Assembly: GCA_963677595.1 (NCBI GenBank) | Contig: OY782041.1 | Span: 3,424,001 to 3,488,000 of the forward strand | Reading direction: 5' to 3' | Length of the DNA: 64,000 nucleotides | From: Spirochaetia bacterium | GTDB taxonomy: Bacteria > Spirochaetota > Spirochaetia > CAKZLE01 | Shown here: piece after piece, positions 48,501 to 58,168 of the stretch | Numbering within the stretch: position 1 is the first letter of the stretch | Layout of the letters: each line of letters begins with the position of its first letter | The notes under the pieces: generated by a model | What the model was told of the DNA's origin: nothing | Database searches by the model: none | What the model saw: the letters and a program-made list of their open reading frames with translations, nothing else | Program-made: the position numbers and the translations under genes

Positions 48501-48657
48501 CCTCGAAAGCCTTTACGACATCGAGGGAGCCGGAAGCGATGCATCCGCCGCCGGTGCAGATGAGGACTGCACGCTCAGTTCTCGTCTCTTCATACTGATT
48601 TGTGATCTCACTGAATGATTCCAGCAGTGCTTCGGATATGCGTATCTTCGTCATCAC
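45514..48657 (-). CDS. HydB/NuoF-like flavin subunit fused to a GltD-like FAD/NADPH oxidoreductase domain
   Basis: N-terminal thioredoxin-like 2Fe-2S, GRGGAGFP, NADEGDPGAFMDR, CGEETAL, GGPSGG, ESCGKCVPC; then PCQSACP, GAGPAG, GGGNAA...YRR and a terminal RCLRC. Confidence 0.93.
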   Translation of the reverse strand: MMTKIRISEALLESFSEITNQYEETRTERAVLICTGGGCIASGSLDVVKAFEESIDMHNLAIPVIGTGCMGPCSLGPVVRVMPEGTIYQDITPDKVERIVSSHLIGDEPVLSLLITNEGSDLPLLDESDSEFLSPQQRIVLRNCGKIDPMDIRAYIAKGGYRALAKALTEMDSQMIIEDMRLSGLRGRGGAGFPTWLKWKFTQEVHDDHKYVLCNADEGDPGAFMDRSVLEGDPHSIIEGMAIAAYTIGADQGYVYVRAEYPLAVARLQHAIEEARQMNLLGESIGGTEFSFDLEIRMGSGAFVCGEETALIHSIEGKRGEPRPRPPFPAHQGLWGKPTLLNNVETYANVAAIILNSADWYSSFGSEKSKGTKVFALAGAVNTTGLVEIPIGTPLGDVIFDIGGGIKGNRAFKAAQIGGPSGGCIPKEYLSVPLDYDDLKELGAIMGSGGMIILDDTSCMVDVARYFLEFVQEESCGKCVPCRVGTKRMLEILTRICGGEGVPGDIEKLIELGTQIKQTALCGLGQTAPNPVLSTIRHFRHEYEAHIRDKHCEAGVCPGLVRAPCQSACPASVDIPGFVALVGEGRYAEALKLHRERNPFAAICARVCFHTCEEMCRRCSTDDSVAIRSIKRFMVDQEVTVQIPEVRENAVNAKKKVTIVGAGPAGLSCAYFLARLGYRPTVLEAASRPGGMLVQTIPAYRLPRETIAREIRMIENMGVQIITEKRMGRDFTLESLLEEGNEAVCIAVGAPDSLSIGLPGEDAEGVIQAVPFLQRYNIRGSVQVGKHVAVIGGGNAAVDAARTALRLGAEKVEIIYRRTREEMPAYEEEISEALQEGVSISCLIQPVAIEKDEDGAVSGVTCLRMHLGGFDASGRRRPQAEKQERFTIKADQVIMAIGQRLDLSGQLGNVELTMNDRRFIYTDLATGATSIDKVFCGGDCSSGPASVIDAVAAGERCAAGIDAYLTGENHAFWRYEKATETSYDPDADPSPEMREQVNQISIERRRNNFEEVELPWSEPVARRQAHRCLRCDYGKHIREEKKEDAHA

Positions 48658-49160
48658 TTGGCCTCCTGTGCTGCATAGGGTGCGAGGAGTTCCTTGATCC
48701 TGCAGGGTTTCACCCGCTGGTGGACATCATCATCGATCATGACGACCGGAGCGAGGCCGCAGGCCCCGAAGCACCGTCCGATCTCGAGCGAGAAGTTCCG
48801 GTCCTCGGTAGTCTCGCCGACCTTGATCTTGAGTTCCCTCGTGAGAGTCTCGAGGACCTCCTTGCCGCCGCGGACATAGCAGGCAGTCCCGAGGCAGACG
48901 CGTATCACATGCTTCCCGCGCGGGACGGTGGAGAAGAAGGAGTAGAAGGTGACGACCCCCGTGACTTCACTGTAGGGGATCTTGAGCTTCTCGCTGATAT
49001 ACTGCAGGGATTCCTTCGGGAGGTAGCCCAAGAGGTTCTGCGTGGACTGCAGGACCGGGATGAGGGCGCCCCCGGTATCGCGGTACTGCTCGACGATCGT
49101 ATCGATCATCGGGAAGGTATCCTCAGGTCTCAGTTCGTGGATTTCTGCCGTGACTGCCAT
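48654..49160 (-). CDS. HydC/NuoE-like [2Fe-2S] subunit
   Basis: Start MAVTAE at 49160 (AGGAG RBS). GVVTFYSFF, VCLGTAC, CFGACGLAP. Confidence 0.93.
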   Translation of the reverse strand: MAVTAEIHELRPEDTFPMIDTIVEQYRDTGGALIPVLQSTQNLLGYLPKESLQYISEKLKIPYSEVTGVVTFYSFFSTVPRGKHVIRVCLGTACYVRGGKEVLETLTRELKIKVGETTEDRNFSLEIGRCFGACGLAPVVMIDDDVHQRVKPCRIKELLAPYAAQEAK

Positions 49161-49480
49161 ATGTACTCCTTCGTGTAGTTTGACAATCTGCAGGAGGATG
49201 CGGGGTGGAGACTCGTCTGTAGGTACCATATAGCAACTGCATCTGCAGGTTGTCTATTGTTCTAACGAGTTCGGCGGCTTGTTTGCAAGAAGTACCAATA
49301 TGTGCGAATAACATGAAGTACGACTGACTCTATAGAGAAGTATAGCATGTATAATGCACAAATCAACGGTTTAATGTGAAATTGAATAACATTAAAGCCA
49401 TAAAAAGGAAGTTTAATGTTCTTATTGGAATATAAATAGCATATGTCGAATAATCGCAGGGCATCATGCCCAAAGACAGA

Positions 49481-49507
49481 AAAAGCGGCATCTGCATGCC
49501 GCTTTCT
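49481..49507 (-). terminator. Terminator after the amino-acid ABC operon
   Basis: AAAGCGGCAT-ctgc-ATGCCGCTTT with a flanking A-run. Confidence 0.75.
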
Positions 49508-49516
49508 CATCGTCTG

Positions 49517-50254
49517 TTAGAGGATATGCTTGAGGAACTTCTTCGTCCTCTCCTCTTTCGGGTGCTCGAAGAGCTCTTCCGGGGTCCCAACCTCGATGAC
49601 CTCACCGCTGTCCATGAAGACGACCTTGTCAGCTGCCTTGCGGGCGAAGCCCATCTCATGGGAGACGACGAGCATCGTCATCCCTTCCTTGGCAAGGTCG
49701 AGCATGACGTCGAGGACCTCCTTGATCATCTCGGGGTCCAGGGCGCTCGTTGGTTCATCGAAGAGCATGACCTTCGGGGACATGGCAAGGGCGCGGGCGA
49801 TCGCGACCCGCTGCTGCTGCCCGCCCGAAAGCTGTTCGGGATAGGCTGTCTCCTTGTCTGCGAGGCCGACCTTCTTCAGCAACTGCCGTGCAAGCGCCTG
49901 GGCTTCCTTCTTGGGCATCTTCTTCACCGTGCAGGGTGCCACCGTGATGTTGTCGATGACCCTCAGGTGGGGGAAGAGGTTGAAGCTCTGGAAGACCATG
50001 CCTGCCTCCTCCCTGATGAGCCTGATGTCGCTGTCAGGTGAGGTGACCTCATCGTCATCGATCCAGATCCTGCCTGAGGTCGCGACCTCGAGCCGGTTGA
50101 CCGACCGCAGCAGGGTACTCTTTCCTGACCCTGACGGGCCGATGATCAGCACGACCTCTCCCTTCTTCACGTTGAGGGAGGCATTGTTGACCGCCTGGAT
50201 CGTATGCTTGAACGTCTTGCTCAGGTTCTCTATGCGGATTCTATACTCACTCAT
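49517..50254 (-). CDS. Polar amino-acid ABC transporter ATPase (GlnQ-like)
   Basis: [36 protein letters not shown]. Confidence 0.96.
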   Translation of the reverse strand: MSEYRIRIENLSKTFKHTIQAVNNASLNVKKGEVVLIIGPSGSGKSTLLRSVNRLEVATSGRIWIDDDEVTSPDSDIRLIREEAGMVFQSFNLFPHLRVIDNITVAPCTVKKMPKKEAQALARQLLKKVGLADKETAYPEQLSGGQQQRVAIARALAMSPKVMLFDEPTSALDPEMIKEVLDVMLDLAKEGMTMLVVSHEMGFARKAADKVVFMDSGEVIEVGTPEELFEHPKEERTKKFLKHIL

Positions 50255-51056
50255 TACGCAGTTTCTCCTCCATCAAGGCTACAAGCTTGGAGAGAATGAG
50301 CGTGATCACAAGATAGACCAGAGCCACGATCATCATCGTCTCTAATGACAGGAACGTACGTGAGATATACTCACGCCCGCGCCTGAGGATATCGCGGAGG
50401 GCGAGGACCGACACGAGGGAAGAGTCCTTGAGCATCGCGATGAACTCATTGCCGATAGCCGGCAGGATGATCTTCATCGTCTGCGGGAGGATGATCTTGC
50501 GCATCGCCTGCCCGCGGGACATCCCGAGGGCGATGGCTGCCTCCATCTGTCCCTTGGGGACAGCCTGGAGCCCGGCGCGGAAGATCTCGCCCATGTAGGC
50601 GCCGTAACAGATGGACAGCGCGATGATCGCGGCGATCACCCCCTCGATCTTCAGGAACTTGCCCAGGGCGAAGTAGATGAAGATCAGCTGTACGAGCAGC
50701 GGGATCCCCCTGATCAGCTCGACGTAGACGCCTGCGATCGTGTTGATGACCCGCGACCTCGACACCTGCCCGAGCCCGCAGAAGAGCCCGAAGAAGAGGG
50801 AACCGAGGATGGCGAAGACCGTCACCTGGAAGGTGACCGGGATCCCCTTGATCGAGATCATGAAGATGGTCCGGTAGGGGGTCGGCGCGGCGATCACCAG
50901 GACCGCGAGCAGGATGACTGCCAGCGCGAAGGTGATCCGCCACGAGCTGAAGATCAGGGAATTATCCCGTGAAGGGATCAGGGCGCCGTCCGACACATCG
51001 ATATGGGTCTGGACGGCTATGTCCTTTTTGTTCTTGTCGTTATTTACTGCAGCCAT
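50247..51056 (-). CDS. Polar amino-acid ABC transporter permease
   Basis: [35 protein letters not shown]. Confidence 0.95.
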   Translation of the reverse strand: MAAVNNDKNKKDIAVQTHIDVSDGALIPSRDNSLIFSSWRITFALAVILLAVLVIAAPTPYRTIFMISIKGIPVTFQVTVFAILGSLFFGLFCGLGQVSRSRVINTIAGVYVELIRGIPLLVQLIFIYFALGKFLKIEGVIAAIIALSICYGAYMGEIFRAGLQAVPKGQMEAAIALGMSRGQAMRKIILPQTMKIILPAIGNEFIAMLKDSSLVSVLALRDILRRGREYISRTFLSLETMMIVALVYLVITLILSKLVALMEEKLRNE

Positions 51057-51808
51057 TTTTTATACAGGTCATCCAGGGTCCCGTTCTCCTTGAGAATGGC
51101 CAGTGCTGCATTGATCTTCTCGACCAGTTCGGTGTTGCCTTTCTGTATGGCAATCCCGTAGGGATCCTCGTTGAAGTAGTCACCTACTCGTTTCAGCTTG
51201 CCGCTGTAGGCATCATTGTCGATGATGAAGTCATTCGCGACGATGGCGTCACAGACGACTGCATCGAGGTTCCCGTTCATCATGTCAGCGACGGCATAGG
51301 GAGTGGTGTCGAACTCCTTGATCTGGCTCTCGTCGAAGTCATAGTCGTCAAGCGCGAGGGCTCCGGTGGTACCGATCTGGACACCGACCTTCAGGTTCTG
51401 GTCGACGAGGTCCTGGAGCGTAGTGACGCTGGTGGTCTCGGTCTTCACGATCAGTGCCTGTGCGGTGTTGAAGTAGACATCGGAGAAGTCCATGGTCTTC
51501 TTCCTCTCATCGGTGATCGAAACGGCTGAACAGATCGCGTCATACTGACCGTTCAGGAGACCGGCGAAGATGCCGTCCCAAGCGGTGTTCCTGATCTCGA
51601 TCTCGAGATCGCTTACAGCCTCGATGGCTCTCAGCATGTCGATGTCGAACCCGACCTCGTCCCCGTTCTCATCGATGAACTCCATCGGCGGGTAGGCGAT
51701 ATCACTGGCGACAACGATCTTGTTCGTGTTCTCTTCTGCTGCGCCCTGTGCAAAACAGGGGGTAAAGACAACAGCCAGAAGCATTAGGGCTACTAGGATT
51801 TTTTTCAT
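51044..51808 (-). CDS. Basic amino-acid ABC transporter substrate-binding protein
   Basis: DIAYPPMEF, GFDID, AWDGIFAGL, ITDERKK, VQIGTTG, YGIA. Confidence 0.93.
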   Translation of the reverse strand: MKKILVALMLLAVVFTPCFAQGAAEENTNKIVVASDIAYPPMEFIDENGDEVGFDIDMLRAIEAVSDLEIEIRNTAWDGIFAGLLNGQYDAICSAVSITDERKKTMDFSDVYFNTAQALIVKTETTSVTTLQDLVDQNLKVGVQIGTTGALALDDYDFDESQIKEFDTTPYAVADMMNGNLDAVVCDAIVANDFIIDNDAYSGKLKRVGDYFNEDPYGIAIQKGNTELVEKINAALAILKENGTLDDLYKKWLQ

Positions 51809-51833
51809 GCACTCACTCCTCTACGTAAAATAA

Positions 51834-51889
51834 TGTATAATCATACATAAATATGCAAAGTGTAGTCAATAGAGCTGTATAATTATACA
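51834..51889. promoter_or_regulatory. ARG-box-like (ArgR) sites
   Basis: TGTATAATCATACA, overlapping TACATAAATATGCA, and TGTATAATTATACA upstream of a basic amino-acid transporter. Confidence 0.7.
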
Positions 51890-51949
51890 GCTAACTGAAT
51901 GAGAAAATTGAGACATGCTGTAAAGACTGGTTCGTCTGTTGTCTCACTG

Positions 51950-52399
51950 CTACAGGAGGTTCGTCACGAGGAAGCCGATGAGGATGCCGAGCCCCGATCC
52001 TGCGAGGACCTGGGGGTAGTTGTGGCCGAGCAGGGTCTTCAGGTTCGCGGGCTGGATCCCGTGCTCGTAGATCTCGGAGAGGATCTTGCTCCACTCGTTG
52101 AGCATCTCGGCATGCTTGCCCGCTGCCTGGCGTATCCCCACTGCATCGTAGATGACGATGACCGAGAAGACGAGGGCTATGGCGAAGTAGGGCGAGCCTA
52201 CTCCCTGGCCGATCCCGATGCTCGTCGAGAGGGCGGCTACGGTAGCCGCGTGGGAAGAGGGCATGCCCCCGGTACTGGCGGCTCGCCGGAGGTTGAACTC
52301 ACCATCGAGGATGAGGTTGAATATCGTCTTCAGCAGCTGTGCGGTAACAACCGCGATGAGTGCAGAGAGGAATGCTTTGTTCGCAAGAAGATTTTCCAT
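51950..52399 (-). CDS. Divergent PAP2 family membrane protein (DUF212)
   Basis: TGGMPSSH, YDAVGIRQAAG, LLGH...V..G. Confidence 0.9.
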   Translation of the reverse strand: MENLLANKAFLSALIAVVTAQLLKTIFNLILDGEFNLRRAASTGGMPSSHAATVAALSTSIGIGQGVGSPYFAIALVFSVIVIYDAVGIRQAAGKHAEMLNEWSKILSEIYEHGIQPANLKTLLGHNYPQVLAGSGLGILIGFLVTNLL

Positions 52400-52453
52400 A
52401 AAAGCAATTATATATTATTGTCAATTACCATGTAAACGACTATAACAAGAATC

Positions 52454-53647
52454 ATGAATGCAAAGAACCGAATACAGACGTTTATGCTCCTCTCGATCTC
52501 CGTTCTGGGGCAGTTTTCCATTGCCGTGATGAATTTCGGGATCATCTTCTTCCTCAGGGAGCACTTCAGCCTCTCCGCAGGCATGATCGGCACCTTCGCT
52601 GCAGTCATGACCTTCTGCTACTTCTTCGGCTGTCTCGTCCTCAAGCGGGTCACCTCGCACCTGAGGCCCCGTCACTCAGTCGAGATCGCCGCCGGGGGCA
52701 TGATGCTATTCGGTCTGCTCATCCTCTATGTACCCCATTCATGGATGGCACTCGTCTCTTTCGCCTGCTACGGGGTTGCCATGTCCTTCTTCTGGCCGCC
52801 CATCATGGGGTGGCTCACCCGGGGCGTGGAAGGCCGTGAACTCTCGCGAACAGTATCGATGTTCAACCTCTCCTGGTCGAGCGGACTCATCCTCGCCCCC
52901 TATATAGCAGGCCTCATGACCGAGGTGCAGGTGACCGTGCCCCTCTATGCTGCAGCCGTGACGATGTTCATCATCCTCACGATCGTCTTCGCGGCGACTG
53001 CCGCGGCTCCCTCCCTGAGGGCGGTCTCCTCGAGCACTGCTCATATGAAGGAAGAGCAGGCACAAGACAACAGCACCCCCCTCCGCTATGTTACCTGGGC
53101 AGGGATCCTTGCTGGTTACTTCCTCTTCGGGATCACGATGAACATCTTCCCCATCTATGCGAAGGAGGTGCTGCTCTACAGCGAGTCCTCCATCGGGCTC
53201 CTGCTGCTGATCAGGGCCCTGGTCACTACCATAAGCTTCGTCCTGCTGGGCAGGATGGTCTTCTGGCACTTCAACACGAAGGTCATGCTCGGGATCCAGG
53301 TCTTCCTCGCTGGGGTGTGCCTCTTCGGTATCATCGCGAAGAGCACGGGGATGCTCGTCATCTTCTTCATCCTCTACGGGATCGCCTTCGCGGTGATCTA
53401 CACCAACAGCATCTTCCACGGGGTGGCAGGTGCTCCCGACCGGGAATCACGGATGGCGATACATGAGGCGACCCTTACCATGGGGACGATCCTCGGCTCC
53501 ATCTTCGGCGGGACCATCTACCAGTATGGGGGGTATCCCCTGGTACTGGGTGTCGGTATCGGCGTGTCTCTTGCCGTATTCCTCGTGCAGGCGGTGATCA
53601 TCCGGAAATACCGGCCAGTTCTCCGGGAGAATCCTGCACAGACTTGA
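52454..53647 (+). CDS. MFS transporter
   Basis: 397 aa, about 12 TM segments in a 6+6 arrangement with a central hydrophilic loop. Confidence 0.88.
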   Translation: MNAKNRIQTFMLLSISVLGQFSIAVMNFGIIFFLREHFSLSAGMIGTFAAVMTFCYFFGCLVLKRVTSHLRPRHSVEIAAGGMMLFGLLILYVPHSWMALVSFACYGVAMSFFWPPIMGWLTRGVEGRELSRTVSMFNLSWSSGLILAPYIAGLMTEVQVTVPLYAAAVTMFIILTIVFAATAAAPSLRAVSSSTAHMKEEQAQDNSTPLRYVTWAGILAGYFLFGITMNIFPIYAKEVLLYSESSIGLLLLIRALVTTISFVLLGRMVFWHFNTKVMLGIQVFLAGVCLFGIIAKSTGMLVIFFILYGIAFAVIYTNSIFHGVAGAPDRESRMAIHEATLTMGTILGSIFGGTIYQYGGYPLVLGVGIGVSLAVFLVQAVIIRKYRPVLRENPAQT

Positions 53648-53699
53648 TAATTATGCATAAAATAGGCTAAAATCTGCATAAATCATGTATAAATATCTA
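53644..53699. promoter_or_regulatory. ARG-box-like sites upstream of acn-icd
   Basis: TTGATAATTATGCA, TGCATAAAAT, TGCATAAATCATG and TGTATAAATATCTA share half-sites with 51834-51889. Confidence 0.5.
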
Positions 53700-53811
53700 A
53701 CTTCGATAGATACGGATGAACGAAGTTGGATCGGGTAGTCTTTGATTCGGATTCAATACCCTAAAATTGGCTTGAAACCACTCACCTCAAAGACTTCTTC
53801 AAACAATACCA

Positions 53812-55794
53812 ATGAATAAGGAAATGACTATGGGACAGAACATACCAGAGAAGATCCTGTCGGCACACCTGGTAGAGGGTGAGCTGAAAGCAGGGAACGA
53901 GATCGCGGTGAAGATCGACCAGACACTGACGCAGGACGCGACGGGAACGATGGCGTACCTGCAGTTCGAGGCGATGGGGATCGACCATATACAGAACGAG
54001 TTGGCGGTGAGCTACGTGGACCACAACACAGTGCAGGTGGGGTTCGAGAACGCGGACGACCACCGGTACCTGCAGTCAGTGGCGCAGAAGTACGGGATCG
54101 TGTTCTCCCGGCCGGGGAACGGGATCTGCCACCAGGTACACCTGGAGCGGTTCGGTATCCCGGGGAAGACACTCTTGGGATCTGACTCGCACACGCCGAC
54201 CGGCGGCGGGATCGGGATGCTGGCGATGGGCGCCGGCGGGATTGACGTGGCCGTGGCCATGGGCGGGGGAGCCTTCTACATGAGCGCACCAAAGGTCGTG
54301 CGCATCGAGCTGGAAGGGAAGCTCCGGCCATGGGTCTCGGCGAAAGACGTGATCCTGAAGGTCTTGAGCATCTTCTCGACGAAAGGGAACGTGGGGACCG
54401 TGCTGGAGTACGGCGGACCCGGGGTCGATACGCTCGACGTACCGGACCGTGCGACGATCACGAACATGGGAGCCGAACTCGGGGTGACGACCTCGATCTT
54501 CCCGAGTGACGAGAAGACGAAGGCGTTCATGGAAGCCCAGGGGCGGGGAGCCGACTGGGTAGAGCTGAAAGCGGATGCCGATGCGTCCTATGCCCGGACC
54601 GTGACGATCGACCTGAGTGAGCTGGAGCCGCTGACAGCGGCACCGCACTCACCGGGGAACATCGAGACGGTGAAGGGACTTGCAGGGAAGCGTGTAGACC
54701 AGGTGCTCATCGGGTCATGCACGAACTCCTCCTACCGGGATCTGGTGACCGTCGCGGAGATCCTCGACGGGAAGCGGGTGGCCCCGGGCGTGAGCCTGGG
54801 TATCGCGCCGGGTTCAAGGGAAGTACTCACGATGCTCGCGCGGGACGGATACCTGACGAAGCTGATCGAGTCGGGGGCACGGATCCTGGAGAGTGCGTGC
54901 GGGTTCTGTATCGGCAACCACATGTCACCGAACAGCGAAGCGGTCTCCTTGCGGACGTCGAACCGGAACTTCGAGGGGCGATCAGGGACGAAGTCGGCCC
55001 AGGTCTACCTGGTGAGCCCGGAAGTGGCAGCCTTGGCAGCGATCACGGGAGCGTTCACCGACCCGCTGGCAGACAACGGGATAGCCTATCCTGCGGTGGG
55101 GATGCCGAAGGAGTTCATCATCGATGACAGCATGTTCATCTTCCCGACGGAAGACGGGGGCGATACCGAGATCCTGCGGGGACCGAACATCGGGGCACCG
55201 CCGGTGAACACCGGACTGCCGGAAGCACTGAAGGGCGTGGCGACACTGAAGGTAGGGGAGAAGATCACGACCGACCACATCATGCCGGCAGGGGCTCGGC
55301 TGAAGTACCGGTCGAACGTGCCGACCTACTCACAGTATGTGTTCGAGCCGGTAGATCCGCAGTTCGCCACGCGAGCGGCAGCGAACCGGGATGCGGGGAT
55401 CGACAACATCATCATCGCCGCAGACTCCTACGGGCAGGGCTCGAGCCGGGAACATGCGGCATTATGCCCGATGTACCTGGGGGTGAAGGCGGTGGTGGCG
55501 ACCTCGATCGAGCGGATCCACATGGCGAACCTGTTCAACTTCGGGATCGTGCCGTTCATCTTCGCAGACCGGGATGATTACGACCGGATCGACGAGGGTG
55601 ATGAGCTGGAGATCGCGGGACTGTCCGAGGCGATCAGGAGTGCTGGTGAGCATGGGGGCATCGTGACGATGGCCAACAAGACGAAAGGGACCGAGATCCC
55701 GCTGAGAGCGGAGTTCACGGCCCGGCAGATCGGGCTGCTGGAAGCAGGCGGACTGCTGAACTACACGAGCGCACAGCAGGGGGAACAGGCATGA
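53812..55794 (+). CDS. Aconitate hydratase, short Aquifex/clostridial type (start may be 53830)
   Basis: [58 protein letters not shown]. Confidence 0.95.
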   Translation: MNKEMTMGQNIPEKILSAHLVEGELKAGNEIAVKIDQTLTQDATGTMAYLQFEAMGIDHIQNELAVSYVDHNTVQVGFENADDHRYLQSVAQKYGIVFSRPGNGICHQVHLERFGIPGKTLLGSDSHTPTGGGIGMLAMGAGGIDVAVAMGGGAFYMSAPKVVRIELEGKLRPWVSAKDVILKVLSIFSTKGNVGTVLEYGGPGVDTLDVPDRATITNMGAELGVTTSIFPSDEKTKAFMEAQGRGADWVELKADADASYARTVTIDLSELEPLTAAPHSPGNIETVKGLAGKRVDQVLIGSCTNSSYRDLVTVAEILDGKRVAPGVSLGIAPGSREVLTMLARDGYLTKLIESGARILESACGFCIGNHMSPNSEAVSLRTSNRNFEGRSGTKSAQVYLVSPEVAALAAITGAFTDPLADNGIAYPAVGMPKEFIIDDSMFIFPTEDGGDTEILRGPNIGAPPVNTGLPEALKGVATLKVGEKITTDHIMPAGARLKYRSNVPTYSQYVFEPVDPQFATRAAANRDAGIDNIIIAADSYGQGSSREHAALCPMYLGVKAVVATSIERIHMANLFNFGIVPFIFADRDDYDRIDEGDELEIAGLSEAIRSAGEHGGIVTMANKTKGTEIPLRAEFTARQIGLLEAGGLLNYTSAQQGEQA

Positions 55795-58013
55795 CGATAG
55801 CGCAGACAGAACCGAAGATCATCTACACGATCACCGATGAGGCGCCGGCACTGGCGACGGCATCACTGCTGCCGATCATCCGGGCCTACACGGCAGCGGC
55901 AGGGGTGACGGTGGAGACACGTGACATCTCGCTCTCGGGGCGGATCCTGGCGCACTTTCCGGAGTACGCAGGCACTCCCAATGACCTGGCAGAGCTCGGG
56001 GAGCTGGTGAAGGCGCCTGAGGCGAACATCATCAAGCTGCCGAACATCAGCGCATCGGTACCGCAGTTGAAGGCTGCGATCGCCGAACTGCAGGGGAGGG
56101 GGTACGCGGTACCCGACTACCCGGAGAGTCCTGCGAGTGAGGACGAGCAGGAGGTGCGGAAGCGGTATGATGCGGTGAAGGGGTCAGCGGTGAACCCGGT
56201 GCTGCGGGAAGGGAACTCGGACCGGCGGGCACCGCAGGCAGTGAAGGCCTATGCGCAGAAGCACCCGCACAGCATGGGGGCCTGGGAAGCAGGCTCGAAG
56301 AGCCATGTGGCAAGCATGGAGGACGGGGACTTCTACGGGAGCGAGCAGTCGGTGGTGACCGACGGCCCGACGAGCGTGGACGTGGTACTCAAAGGCGCAG
56401 ACGGCACGCAGACAGTCCTGAAGGCGGGACTGAAGCTGCAGGCAGGGGAGATCCTCGACTCAGCGGTGATGAGCGCAGGGAAGCTGCGGAGCTTCCTGAA
56501 GAGAGAGATCGCCGATGCGAAGCAGAACGATGTACTCTTCTCAGTACACCTGAAGGCGACGATGATGAAGGTATCGGACCCGATCATCTTCGGGCATGTG
56601 GTCTCGGTCTACTATGAGGAGCTGTTCGACACCTACGGTGAGCAGCTCGCATCGGTGGGTGCAGACCCGCGGATGGGGATGGCAGACCTGGAGAAGCGGA
56701 TCGAGGGCCTCGATCCTAAAGAGCGGGAAGCGATCGAGGAAAAGATCGCAGCGATCTACCGTAGCCAGCCGGAGCTTGCGATGGTGAACTCCGAGCGGGG
56801 GATCACGAACCTGCACGTATCGAGCGACATCATCATCGATGCGTCGATGCCGGCAGCGATCCGGAACTCCGGGAAGATGTGGGGAGCCGACGGGAAGCTG
56901 AAGGACATGAAGGCCGTGATCCCTGACCGGAGCTATGCGGGGGTGTATGCCGAGACGATCGCGTACTGCAAGGCGAACGGGGCGTTCGACCCGAGAACGA
57001 TGGGCGACGTGTCGAACGTGGGGCTGATGGCGCAGAAGGCCGAGGAGTACGGGTCGCATGACAAGACCTTCGAGATGCCGGGAAGCGGCGTGGTGGAAGT
57101 AGTCGATGCAGCAGGCACCGTACTGATGGCGCAGGCCGTGGAAGGCGGGGACATCTTCCGGATGTGCCAGGTGAAGGATGCTCCGGTACGTGACTGGGTG
57201 AAGCTTGCCGTGAGGCGTGCGAAGGCGACGGGGAACCCGGCGGTCTTCTGGCTGGATGAGGCGAGAGCCCATGATGCGCAGCTGATCAGGAAGGTGCGAA
57301 CCTACCTGGCCGAGGAGGAGACAGAGGGGCTGGAGCTGACGATCGCCTCCCCTGAGGAGGCGACGAAGTGGACGCTCGAGCGGCTGAAGCGGGGAGAGGA
57401 TACGATCTCGGTGACGGGGAACGTGCTGCGAGACTACCTGACTGACCTGTTCCCGATCCTGGAACTGGGGACGAGTGCGAAGATGCTGTCGATCGTGCCG
57501 CTGATGGGCGGGGGCGGACTCTTCGAGACGGGAGCCGGCGGGTCTGCGCCGAAGCATGTGCAGCAGCTGCAGGAGGAGGGCCACCTGAGGTGGGACTCGC
57601 TCGGCGAGTTCCTTGCTCTGGCGGCCTCGCTCGAGCACCTGGGGACGGTGTACGGGAACCCGAAGGCGCTGGTACTGGCGAAGGCGCTGGACCGGGGGAC
57701 GGAAGTATTGCTGGAGGAAGGCAAGTCGCCGTCACGTAAGGTCGGGGAGATCGACACGCGGGGCAGCCACTACTACCTGGCGCGATACTGGGCGCAGGCG
57801 CTCAGTGAGCAGGATGAGGATGAGGAGCTCTCTGAGCTCTTCCGGCCGCTGGCGAAGGAGTTCACGGTGAAGGAAGAAGCCATCACCTCCGAACTGCTGG
57901 CAGTCCAGGGGAACCCGACGGACATCGGGGGGTACTACTGCCCCGATGAGGCGGTCAAGGCACAGGCTATGCGCCCGAGCAAGACGCTCAATGCCGTAAT
58001 AAGTAAGCTCTAA
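55791..58013 (+). CDS. icd: Monomeric NADP-dependent isocitrate dehydrogenase
   Basis: [48 protein letters not shown]; 740 aa. Confidence 0.97.
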   Translation: MTIAQTEPKIIYTITDEAPALATASLLPIIRAYTAAAGVTVETRDISLSGRILAHFPEYAGTPNDLAELGELVKAPEANIIKLPNISASVPQLKAAIAELQGRGYAVPDYPESPASEDEQEVRKRYDAVKGSAVNPVLREGNSDRRAPQAVKAYAQKHPHSMGAWEAGSKSHVASMEDGDFYGSEQSVVTDGPTSVDVVLKGADGTQTVLKAGLKLQAGEILDSAVMSAGKLRSFLKREIADAKQNDVLFSVHLKATMMKVSDPIIFGHVVSVYYEELFDTYGEQLASVGADPRMGMADLEKRIEGLDPKEREAIEEKIAAIYRSQPELAMVNSERGITNLHVSSDIIIDASMPAAIRNSGKMWGADGKLKDMKAVIPDRSYAGVYAETIAYCKANGAFDPRTMGDVSNVGLMAQKAEEYGSHDKTFEMPGSGVVEVVDAAGTVLMAQAVEGGDIFRMCQVKDAPVRDWVKLAVRRAKATGNPAVFWLDEARAHDAQLIRKVRTYLAEEETEGLELTIASPEEATKWTLERLKRGEDTISVTGNVLRDYLTDLFPILELGTSAKMLSIVPLMGGGGLFETGAGGSAPKHVQQLQEEGHLRWDSLGEFLALAASLEHLGTVYGNPKALVLAKALDRGTEVLLEEGKSPSRKVGEIDTRGSHYYLARYWAQALSEQDEDEELSELFRPLAKEFTVKEEAITSELLAVQGNPTDIGGYYCPDEAVKAQAMRPSKTLNAVISKL

Positions 58014-58045
58014 CACAGCCATACCACTACCCGTTCTGCGGGATA

Positions 58046-58073
58046 TGGAGCTCACGGTTCACCGTGGGCTCCA
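58046..58073 (+). terminator. Hairpin after icd
   Basis: TGGAGCTCACGG-ttca-CCGTGGGCTCCA. Confidence 0.65.
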
Positions 58074-58168
58074 CGTGCATTCGGGTACCGCTCATGCACT
58101 TTATGGTGGACAGTATGCGTTCCAGTCGCTATGATGGAGAAAAGAGTTGAATGAGGGAGTTCCTTAGC

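Noticed and set aside
49373-49393. Possible Rex operator (AATGTGAAATTGAATAACATT) upstream of the hydrogenase
   Set aside because: Half-site spacing is one base longer than TGTGA-N6-TCACA, so it cannot be supported, although another regulator may bind this imperfect palindrome.
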